A DNA stretch of 32,659 nt, taken from positions 1-32,659 of the forward strand of contig JAUCBJ010002020.1 in the NCBI GenBank assembly GCA_032718475.1, given 5' to 3'. Source of the stretch: Nemertoderma westbladi. Its lineage: Eukaryota > Animalia > Xenacoelomorpha. A program made the position numbers and the translations under genes. The first letter of the stretch is position 1. Each line of letters starts with the position of its first letter. Shown here one piece after another: positions 10,301-18,745 of the stretch. The notes under the pieces were generated by a model. The model worked only from the letters and a program-made list of their open reading frames with translations, was not told where the DNA came from and searched no databases.

Positions 10301-11104
10301 GAAAACAAGGTAAGTGAGAAACCCGTCTCCAGGAGAAAGGTAACACCAGTGTGTTATACAGACGACGGCGAAAGCCAGACTTCTCAAGGAGAGGATAGCG
10401 GGAAAGACACTGAAAGATCTTATTATGTCAATAAAATGCCTAAAGATCAGGTAAGTAAATTCAAGTCTCGAACCAATGACAGGAGAGAACAGGTAAGAAA
10501 AACTCCTCCTACGTCTCCTAAGAGAATTCAGGTGAGAAAGCCCGAAGAAAGAACGAGTGTGCACAATGTTATTCAAAATAAGGTAAGTAACATCAAACCG
10601 AAATGTGCGCTATGTGACGGGACCCACCGTTTGAATATGTGTGATGAATTCCTGAAGAAATCATTAACGGAGAGACGGGAAGTCATGTGGGATAAGCGGT
10701 TGTGTTATAATTGCCTCAGACAAGGACACCAACGGCGAACCTGTTACTCTGACACAAGGTGTGCCAAGTGCGGTGCGAAACATCATATCTTGTTGCACAC
10801 TGAATTCGAGCGAAATAGTCCGAGTCAGGTAAGTGATTCTGAACTACATGTCCAATTCAGTGATGTAAACTACACTGATCAATCTGAGATGGAAGGATTC
10901 TATACGGACGAGTTCTCCGACGAAAACGAATCTTGTTACATGATAAATACCGCAGTGTATCGAGCACTCACGTATGAAAAAGATACAGACAGCGACCTCA
11001 CCCTAACTACTTCTGATCAACAACCATATTGGAAAGCGCCAACTTCCAATGTAGGAATCCGAGAATTTCCTGTAGTACAGGTAAGGTACAGGTACAGGAC
11101 CTAA
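7325..11104 (+). CDS. gag: BEL/Pao Gag, 1259 aa: long N-terminal extension, DUF1759-like capsid region, three Zn knuckles, start of the protease region
   Basis: FNGDEMKWLPF...LSNGEKLRFLIECLEG...WDTLNIRYGN capsid signature. Knuckles CALCDGTHRLNMC, CYNCLRQGHQRRTC and CAKCGAKHHILLH (about 10604-10798). Confidence 0.93.
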   Translation: MSDTKQNLSDSLLDVTICDSDRGVEPSRPKFSSPPTVRKVIPPVVISDPRLVQHRRSIIGTRAQVKRDQEAAEQQQPASQELISQRPDSSSSADTEELTPEHGAKMTDAVYSDPLLILPAAVLTRLLIAAEEHQIDWARNKRSTKDSYAGYTREELKSIVESQWNFPGPGLPFDLSEDAWEDIHRMGVTKETIDPAVWKRSAAGYAQGFFSSMERVKEQLFQQPQGPQEQGQLLYQVRERILRIRLILSAFEEASKRRQDTSLQVAVKTWFQRMSLQVQGTAQWKAQLEERSTHGESTDATFSQVESEATAEKPHKRDAIDIYLSDYQRFLGDEELRRRLDGLSPNSEGTQRVLDAIDVEMRAANQAKFDERLRITRVQEEQVKIKRIEDRKAAAVAAAVAAAEAERKAAAAVAAAEAEAERKVAEAERKAAAAEAEAERKAAEAERKAAVVAAEAERKAAVAAAEAVAEAEWRAAEETTQLELENIQENQDCINKQLTASQMQMMGRSTPKRQGYTSSEEGDTTDTEGKGNRSRLSRRRRTSHRQKLPDLPPAVRRQLNNTNLGSTEPTDQIIKIERLPTIVDEPEIIRPVLEITPSVIETPVLPEPTSKFPLHRTKLPVPSRTAHETVHVLDSERNIHDLSPVVPRPPATTLATPASAVEWVDERRRGMDLLLGQMQETVQQFKGTVRESRLELQEVQQSIALERDKLVNTQKGIPPPSVTMCQPVRSEVSHAQGMEPTRIYTASEVETPIVNPIKGNYRPVDNDIPYRPDHNPRNLYTDSSILNNTMAQESFTRQMARTEARQAVKVGEIVKFNGDEMKWLPFNEYYKDNIQNSVLSNGEKLRFLIECLEGSPKLMALKFIGHPDGLRQVWDTLNIRYGNRNNIAKYLYAKLVAPRKFISSGIIEFSDEIQEICRQLDWLGKSHEYQSSMVIGAVASTLPKGGVGTRWDKKVLYMMEQQQRDPTMADLMSFLDGEVKLQLIKQSREKTPENKVSEKPVSRRKVTPVCYTDDGESQTSQGEDSGKDTERSYYVNKMPKDQVSKFKSRTNDRREQVRKTPPTSPKRIQVRKPEERTSVHNVIQNKVSNIKPKCALCDGTHRLNMCDEFLKKSLTERREVMWDKRLCYNCLRQGHQRRTCYSDTRCAKCGAKHHILLHTEFERNSPSQVSDSELHVQFSDVNYTDQSEMEGFYTDEFSDENESCYMINTAVYRALTYEKDTDSDLTLTTSDQQPYWKAPTSNVGIREFPVVQVRYRYRT
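8495..8758 (+). repeat. Coding repeat encoding an Ala/Glu/Arg/Lys helix (AEAERKAA...) within Gag
   Basis: Repeated GCGGCAG / GAAGCGGAAAGAAAG units translating to multiple AEAERK motifs. Confidence 0.9.
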
Positions 11105-14100
11105 AAGGAGTTATGTAGTGAACGCCCTCCTTGACTCTGGTAGTACAGGAACATTCATCGACAAAGAACAAGCCGAAGACATCTTTGCTGGACAACCCAA
11201 GTTCCGAACTAAGCTAAACATGTCAGGAATTATGCAGGTTTGGAAATCTACAGTAATCGCGGATTATTATGTAGGTGCGTTGTCCACCCCCCAGGATGAA
11301 CTAGGAGAACATAGCATAAGGTCAGTGAAAATGGTGGCGATAAAGAACTTCGCTACCACCCAAGTGGAACCTTATAACTGGGACGAGGACGATTTCACCC
11401 AGCAGCTGGAAATACCTAGATTCGACACCGATTACCCTGGAGTGCAAATACTCATCGGTCAAAACGCGCATGAAGCGCTCGAGACATTGGAGAAACGGCC
11501 CGCTCAACCGCAACCATTACAACCTTATGCGGTAAGAACTAGAGTGGGTTGGTACTTTACTGGCCCTTCCCGTAGAACTCTCATGGAAAGATTACCGCAA
11601 GATCAGGTATATCAAGTGCGAGAATGGGAAGTTGAGAACAGTGAGTTAGACGATCCAACTGAGGGAACTCCATACTCCTCAGACAACGACGATATACACC
11701 AACTCTTCGATGAGGAGAATACAATCAATCTCCTTAAAGAAAACGAGACTTGGCAAAACCAAGTGAACTTATGTCAGCTCCTTCTTGCATCAGAACGAGA
11801 TGAATATAACGATGAACTTAATGACGTCATTGAACGTTATAATGCCAAGACTCGGGATGAACACGCCATACGATTCTTTACTCAAGAGGCTGTAGAGCCC
11901 AACTCCTACGATAAGGCCCTATCGGTAGAAGAAGAAAGAGCCAAGCAGATCCAAGAGACAACTACACGTTTTCTTAAAGATCAAGGTAGATATGAGATCG
12001 GTCTTCCTTTCCGAAAGCGAGAACCAAAGTTCATTAACAACCGACCCTTGGCGGAGAAAAGAATTGCTCAACTACATCGACGCCTTACGGCAAATTCTTC
12101 AGCTAAAGAAATGTATCAAACGCAGTTGAAGAAGTTTATTAGCAAGGGATATGCGGAGCTAGTACCGGAAGAAACACCTATAACTGAGAGAACGTATTAT
12201 TTAACTCACCATTACGTTCCCAAACCCGGTAAACCAAATGAGGTACGAGTGGTGTTCGACGGCTCCGCCCTCTATATGGGCCAATCCCTTAATTCTGAAT
12301 TGTTACCCCGACCCAACTTACTTCAATCATTGTTGGGAATACTTTTAAGATTAAGACAATATTCAATTGCTTTCGCCTCAGATATAGAAGGCATGTTCTT
12401 ACAAGTGAAAGCACTGGATAGGGATCGAGATAGCCTACGATTTCTGTGGTGGCCTGAAGGAGACCTCAACCAGAAACCGGTGGAATACTGGCTGACCATC
12501 CAAGCTTTTGGGATAATCTCGAGCCCTTCAAACGCCTGTTCCGTGGTGCGCACCACCGCGGATGACAACCGAGACGCCTTCTCTAAAGAGGTGATCGACA
12601 ATATCAAACGAGACATCTACATGGACGATAATCTAAAGTCCCTTCCATCAGTCGAAGAAGCCATTGAGGTCGCTAAAGGAATGGTAGAGTGCTTAAAAAG
12701 AGGTGGATTTCGATTAACTAAATTCACCAGCAACTCCCGTGAGTTTCTGGAGTCGATCCCGGTAGAAGATCGAGGAGCAAAAGACCTGGATCTAATAAAG
12801 GATGATCTCCCAGAAACTAAGACCCTTGGTTTTAAATGGGACACAGAAAGAGATATCCTGTTTTTCCAACTAAAACAGCGAGATAATCCAGTTCGGACTA
12901 AACGGATTTGTTTAAGTATCCTGAGCACTTATTTCGATCCATTGGGATTTATTAGCCCAGTTATATTGATTGCTCGGAGTTTAGTACAACAAATGTGGCT
13001 TGAAAACCACTCATGGGACGATCCACTTAAGGGAGAATTATTAAAGAAGTGGATGAAATGGGAGGATTCTCTACCAGCCATCGAGAACTTTATAATTTCC
13101 CGTTCATATTTTGGTCATGTTCTCCCTACGTATTCCTATCAACTCCATGTGTTTGGAGACGCCAGCGATATGGGAATAGGTATAGTAGCCTACCTAAGGG
13201 TGGAAACTCCGGACGGAATCAAAGTCACCTTGGTTACCTCTAAGGCATTGATAAACAACAAGTTGAAAGTTACTCGAGCGGAGTTAAAAGTGGCTCTATA
13301 CGCTACAGCCATCGGCCGGAATGTAACAGAACAAATCGACTATCCACTGGAGAAAACTGTCTATTGGACCGACGCTTTACTCGTGTTGGAGTATATCACC
13401 AATGAAGTCTGTCAGTTCAGCGTCTTCGTTACCAACAGAGTAGCTATTATACTCAGTCGCACAACGATGGATCAATGGAGACATTGCCCCGGAACGATTA
13501 ACCCAGCAGACATCGCCTCCAGGGGAGCAACTCCACAAGAACTGGTAGATACTCCAGACTGGTTAGGTGGACCCGACTTCCTCTACAAAGAAGAAGAAGA
13601 ATGGCCTCCTCATCTTACTACCACAGAGATTAGACAGGCCAAGGGAGCGGGGAAAGTCAAACCTAAAACTAGGGCGAGTAAATCGAAGTTATTCAAACCT
13701 ATGGTAGACCTGTCTGTACTACATACTTCCGGAGACGACGCTTTGGATCAGAAACCCACAGCCACAAATAAACTTGTTGTGGAAATCCGTGAGAAGGATT
13801 GGAAATCTGGAATACCAGACGTCTCGCAAGGACTCTCACCTCTTCAGCAGAGAGCGATACATCACTACAGTTCCTGGAATCGGCTCTGTAAGGCCGTTAC
13901 ATATTTAAAGAGATGTTTTCACCATCACTACTCCGGGATGAAGGCCGAAGGTGATACCGCTCCAATAACATCAGTGCAGGTCCATGTTATTAAAGATCTT
14001 CCCAAATATAAGATATCCGACAGGTTTCTGAAGGAGAAGATCAGTTATCAAGACCATGACGAAACCAACAAGCAGATGATGAGACTCCTGCAATGCTATG

Positions 14101-15503
14101 AGGATTCCAATAAGTATTTCCTGTTGTTGAGAAATCCACAGATGCGCTTAAGGGATCGTTTCTCTAGCACAATGATAGATGGGTTGATACGTGTTGGAGG
14201 AAGATTAACGAATGCTCCATTATCCTTTGACACTAAGTTCCCCATACTCATTAGAAATCTTGAAATACAAGTCAAGATGATTGTAGATGTTCACAGCAAA
14301 CTTTATCATGCTGGTAGGGAACGAGTTCTTAGCGAAATTCGAATTCGCTATTATTTTTATAAACCCCGTAGAGCTCTGAACCAAGTTCTTAGGAACTGTA
14401 TACCCTGTAGGAAAGCATTCAGTACGCCTTTAACACAGCGAGAGGCAGAATTACCTAGGGAACGAGTAAGCTTCTATGAACCACCCTTTACTAATACCGG
14501 TGTGGATTTATTTGGCCCTATTGAAGTATATCGTGCTAGGACTATAGTCAAGAGATGGTGTGTAATCTTTGTTTGTATGACTTGTAGAGCTATCCAACTC
14601 GATATGGTGAACGATTTATCGACCAACAGCTTCCTATTAAGCTTACGACGACAGATCGCTCGCTTTGGCACTAGTAATACGATGAGATCTGATAAGGGAA
14701 CTAACTTCATTGGTGCCAACAATGAAATCAAAGCTTACGTCAAAGATTGGAACCAAAGACAGGTGGACGATCAGCTACGAGTAACAGCGTCTAGCTGGAC
14801 CTTCAACGCCGCCGACGCCCCTTGGTGGGGAGGAAGTTGGGAGAGATTAATAAGAAGTGTGAAGACAGCATTTCACTTTATAGTGCCTTGCCGCGCGTAT
14901 CTCACCGACGAACTTTTGCGGACGTTAATGGAGGAAATCGCCGCCTATCTCAACGAGAGACCGCTTATGCCAGTCTCATCGAGTCCCGATTCCCTGGAAG
15001 CGCTAACACCCGCGCACTTCCTACTGAAGAAACCTGTAGCCATGCTCCCACAATCGGAAATCACAGACGGAGACGAATACTGCCGGCAAACTTGGCAACT
15101 CATGCAGTTGTTATCCCATCGTTTCGCTGACCATTTCGAAAAACATTATCTGCCCATGCTACAACTTCCAACTAAGTGGTTTGCGCAGCAAGAAAACGTC
15201 AGCGCTGGAGACATGGTTCTTATTGTGGATGTAGATCTTCCACGTAAGCGGTGGCAGACAGGTCGTATCATCGAGACTCACATCTCGGATGACGGTTTGG
15301 TGCGATCGGTAGAACTCGTCATCATGCGACGTAACTTCAAGAAACCGGGAATTGTCTTCGAGACACAGCAGCTCAATCGCCCAGTTGGTCGCTTATGTTT
15401 ACTGGAAAGAGACAGAGAACTCTCCGGAAACTATGGGAGGCAAGATACTCTTCCCACGACCACCTCCCTAATCCAACAAACATCTAGGGACTCCCCAACT
15501 TAA
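11085..15503 (+). CDS. pol: BEL/Pao Pol: aspartic protease, reverse transcriptase, RNase H, integrase; frame open from 11085, +1 relative to gag
   Basis: PR ALLDSGS; RT RVVFDGS, ASDIEGMF, YMDD (12618-12629); RH LHVFGDAS, RAEL, YWTD, NPADIASRG; IN HSKLYH..CIPC, GVDLFGP, SDKGTNF, WERL. No internal stop. Confidence 0.96.
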   Translation, partial: GTGTGPKRSYVVNALLDSGSTGTFIDKEQAEDIFAGQPKFRTKLNMSGIMQVWKSTVIADYYVGALSTPQDELGEHSIRSVKMVAIKNFATTQVEPYNWDEDDFTQQLEIPRFDTDYPGVQILIGQNAHEALETLEKRPAQPQPLQPYAVRTRVGWYFTGPSRRTLMERLPQDQVYQVREWEVENSELDDPTEGTPYSSDNDDIHQLFDEENTINLLKENETWQNQVNLCQLLLASERDEYNDELNDVIERYNAKTRDEHAIRFFTQEAVEPNSYDKALSVEEERAKQIQETTTRFLKDQGRYEIGLPFRKREPKFINNRPLAEKRIAQLHRRLTANSSAKEMYQTQLKKFISKGYAELVPEETPITERTYYLTHHYVPKPGKPNEVRVVFDGSALYMGQSLNSELLPRPNLLQSLLGILLRLRQYSIAFASDIEGMFLQVKALDRDRDSLRFLWWPEGDLNQKPVEYWLTIQAFGIISSPSNACSVVRTTADDNRDAFSKEVIDNIKRDIYMDDNLKSLPSVEEAIEVAKGMVECLKRGGFRLTKFTSNSREFLESIPVEDRGAKDLDLIKDDLPETKTLGFKWDTERDILFFQLKQRDNPVRTKRICLSILSTYFDPLGFISPVILIARSLVQQMWLENHSWDDPLKGELLKKWMKWEDSLPAIENFIISRSYFGHVLPTYSYQLHVFGDASDMGIGIVAYLRVETPDGIKVTLVTSKALINNKLKVTRAELKVALYATAIGRNVTEQIDYPLEKTVYWTDALLVLEYITNEVCQFSVFVTNRVAIILSRTTMDQWRHCPGTINPADIASRGATPQELVDTPDWLGGPDFLYKEEEEWPPHLTTTEIRQAKGAGKVKPKTRASKSKLFKPMVDLSVLHTSGDDALDQKPTATNKLVVEIREKDWKSGIPDVSQGLSPLQQRAIHHYSSWNRLCKAVTYLKRCFHHHYSGMKAEGDTAPITSVQVHVIKDLPKYKISDRFLKEKISYQDHDETNKQMMRLLQCYEDSNKYFLLLRNPQMRLRDRFSSTMIDGLIRVGGRLTNAPLSFDTKFPILIRNLEIQVKMIVDVHSKLYHAGRERVLSEIRIRYYFYKPRRALNQVLRNCIPCRKAFSTPLTQREAELPRERVSFYEPPFTNTGVDLFGPIEVYRARTIVKRWCVIFVCMTCRAIQLDMVNDLSTNSFLLSLRRQIARFGTSNTMRSDKGTNFIGANNEIKAYVKDWNQRQVDDQLRVTASSWTFNAADAPWWGGSWERLIRSVKTAFHFIVPCRAYLTDELLRTLMEEIAAYLNERPLMPVSSSPDSLEALTPAHFLLKKPVAMLPQSEITDGDEYCRQTWQLMQLLSHRFADHFEKHYLPMLQLPTKWFAQQENVSAGDMVLIVDVDLPRKRWQTGRIIETHISDDGLVRSVELVIMRRNFKKPGIVFETQQLNRPVGRLCLLERDRELSGNYGRQDTLPTTTSLIQQTSRDSPT

Positions 15504-16017
15504 CAACGGCTGGAGTGGGTGTATGACTATATTTTATATTCGTTTTATTCTTTTATATTTATTTATGTATTATTATGTAATTTTATTTTAATCGTTTTAT
15601 TTAATTTATTTAGTAGCATGTTATTTTAGCGATTATTTAGTAGATTAGTGCAATAGATTCGCGTTTATTACGTAATTACTTATATTATATATTTAGTGCG
15701 ACGGCGAGAAACAATTCTTTTTCTCTTTCCTTACTGTCCGTATTAGATTATAAATACGTGACTACAGTAAGATGAAATATCCGTGCTTATTAAAGTACAA
15801 TAAAGCCACTACTATATTCAAGTATTATTGGTAGGCAGAGTATTAGGAATGGAAAGTTCAGATCCTCGTGTCTCGGCTAAACCAAGCTCTGGGTAGACCT
15901 TGGAAACGACTTGCCTCTTCACACTGACATTGCTTCTTGCGATATTGCTCTCATACCGTATATTAAATAATACATATAGTAGCGTGATGTCCCTTTAACA
16001 GTAGCGTACAACGCAAA

Positions 16018-16311
16018 TAAATCTGTTAAACCTTTTGACCATCTGCAATTCTAGTCAATTAAGATATCGTGGCACCCACCGATATACTTGAAAGACAAAA
16101 TTCTAGAATCAGTGGTTAACGTCCCCAGACAAGTTCTGGAATAAACTGGTGCCCATCCTAAATATTAATTATTAATATTTACAAAATCTGTCAAATTTTA
16201 GATCCTTTAAAATTCTAGTCGATTAAGGAATCGTAGCACTTACCGATACTCTTAAAAGGACAAAATTCCTAGAATCAAGGATCCCAGTCCCCAGACACGT
16301 TCTGGAATAAA
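16018..16311 (+). repeat. Imperfect direct repeat (period ~164 bp) in the 3' non-coding region of the element
   Basis: AATTCTAGTC.ATTAAG..ATCGT.GCAC..ACCGATA...CAAAATTC..GAATCA...GTCCCCAGACA.GTTCTGGAATAAA at 16047-16145 and 16211-16311. Confidence 0.85.
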
Positions 16312-17143
16312 ATTGTGTCTATTTTAATGTTAAATAATAAAATTTACGGGAATAAATTTAAATTCATATATTTCAATGAATTTAATAAATTGTCATTTTA
16401 TACAATTTATAACATTCCCAAAATTCCATTAATTAATAGATCATGGGAGCGGAGATTCATTCTATTAAGTGTATTTGTGTGCGAGAATCTCCAATGTATA
16501 GTCAATAGCCGATAAAATTCATAGAATCATGTATAAAGGGGATATTGACCATTAAAGAATTACTATTAAATAGCATCCCAGATCTGTATGCATGAGAATT
16601 ACCCTAATTCTACCGCTAGCTTTCCATAATGTCACCATGGCAACAACCACGCTAGAATTAGAAGTGAGTTAAAAGAACAATAAAGGGCTTGCTCATTGAA
16701 TAGCATACGGAATAAATAGCACACCGCTAGTATCCAAGGATACATAATAACAACGTGACATTCTGGAAGGCACTGACTAACGGACAAATGACCCGAATGT
16801 GTGATAGAATGTGTACCATTTGTGACAGTTACGTGGAATTTGTGCGTTTGTAGGTGAATGTTACTACTAAGGTGTGTTTACAGTAGCGAGTCGCAATTGT
16901 GAAAGTAACCCTAACTCTCCAGTAAGAACCTGAAGTACATCTAAGCCTTTGGGACGGACAGTGGAGTGACTTGTGCCAGTTATTGCTGTCGTTGTGTAGC
17001 TACATCGTTGGCGAAAGCACAGCGACGACGGTACATCGGCGCTGAGGATTTTTGCACTGTCCGGGGGCAGAGAGGGGTAGGCAGCGACGCCCGCTCGCCT
17101 AAATATAAACTCATTATAATATGGATAAACTTATATAGCAGAT

Positions 17144-18274
17144 ATGATTGAGTTGATAGAAGATGATCTTGGTATCAGGGAGCGATATACTCTACCTTTG
17201 CAAGCGTTTGTTGATAGCTTGATACGCGGCGACGCTGGTCCAACTACTACGGAGGACGATGGTCGTTATATCTAACCGCCAATGTCCCGGGAGCAACTTG
17301 CGCTTGGGTTGGACTGTAGAAAATGCACCGCTCGCTATGTGCATCGTAATGGTACGTATAAGGACTTCTTAACTACTGGTCATCCTATCGACCTACACGA
17401 TACGAACGATATAGACACCAAAAGGGAAATGGTACGATTTAAATATCCTACCCAGCGGAGGCGGAACGATAAACCGAGAATGGAACACGAGAATTCTATT
17501 CGAAACAGACTCGAAAGAGAAGACGTTGAGGAGCCGGATAAACGCAGCAACTTCAACGATTATCTGGAATTCCTGAGAGAAACATATCTCAATATTGCCA
17601 GTCAATAAAATCTAGAAACTCGATATCCTCAAGGTATACATCATGACCGCATGGTAGAACTCAAACGGCTCTATTCCACTATGATGTATCTTACCGCCGA
17701 TCGACCGCTACCTGTTATCCCAGATAGCTTCGAACAGATGGAGGAATATTGTAAAACTGGAGAACGATCACCCGCGTTTCCTCTGCAGGACGTGCGTCTT
17801 TGGTATTACTGCGACGAATGCCCTAGACCCAATCAGCAAACGGAAAGACATAAACATCCGCGGAGACGTTGCGCTAAACACAGTTTTACACGATATACTT
17901 ATGGGAGTTTCGAGCGAAACCTGTTCGACGTATCCCCTACGGTCGCTCGACTCAAACGATCCTTGAACAAACCGATGATCAGAGTTCCGGAATACTCGGT
18001 CAGACCTCCGCATTCCTCAGTGAGACCTCAGACTCTTGATCCTATTAGTATGACGGATCCTCCCGAGCTGTACTCACTGTTCAAAGATCTAGTGTTACCT
18101 GAACAATTAGTCGGTGGCACCCCGGTTGTGGGCTTCCTAGATATTAGCCCATCCTACCTAGCCGGATTGGGACGCGGACATTTAATATCGCCGTTTAACC
18201 CTTACCATCGTCCCGGCTTAACACGATATAACCTGTCACCAAAGTGGCGGAGAGCGTTGTACCAAATGAGTTAG
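17144..18274 (+). pseudogene. Accessory ORF3 of unknown function at the env position; one frame broken by two TAA codons
   Basis: ATG at 17144 (MIELIEDDLG...), the 108-aa ORF (17282) and the 207-aa ORF (17651) all share one frame. Stops at 17273-17275 and 17606-17608. CxxC motifs (CRKC, CDEC); no signal peptide or TM helix. Confidence 0.6.
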
Positions 18275-18737
18275 ACGCTATTCTACAAAGATCAGAAAAG
18301 GAACTTACGCTTGTTCAGATAAACGTAAATTGCACTAGCAAGTCCAAGCGGTAAACAAAGTAACTATATCTCAGTTCGATCGGGAAATCCAGATTCTCTA
18401 AGAAGTTATCGAACTTGGACGATCCTATTCTCTGCGAGAGTTTTTGGATGAACGTATCCAGCTACGAGCGGAGGAAAATCAGCTCGAGGCGAAGCATATC
18501 GAAACGGCAGATACCTCGACCATAATCCTACACCTTCTGATGCAATCATATTGCACCCTTCACCCAGGAGTTATGGCCCTTCTAGTAAAGTGGCTCCCCC
18601 CAAAGAGAAAAGGACTCTTGCTAGCCTCAAAAAACTGCGTAAACGCCGTCTGCGTAAGAAAGACTAACTGTTTAGAGTATCTTTATATTTTAGAAACTGT
18701 GATTTGTTATATTTTATAGACTTAAATCCCATTTTCT

Positions 18738-18745
18738 GGGAGCGG
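18738..18745 (+). other. Polypurine tract (GGGAGCGG)
   Basis: Purine-rich octamer directly abutting the 3' LTR. Confidence 0.75.

Noticed and set aside
17144-18719. env gene
   Set aside because: No signal peptide, TM anchor or fusion-peptide-like segment in the translated frames.
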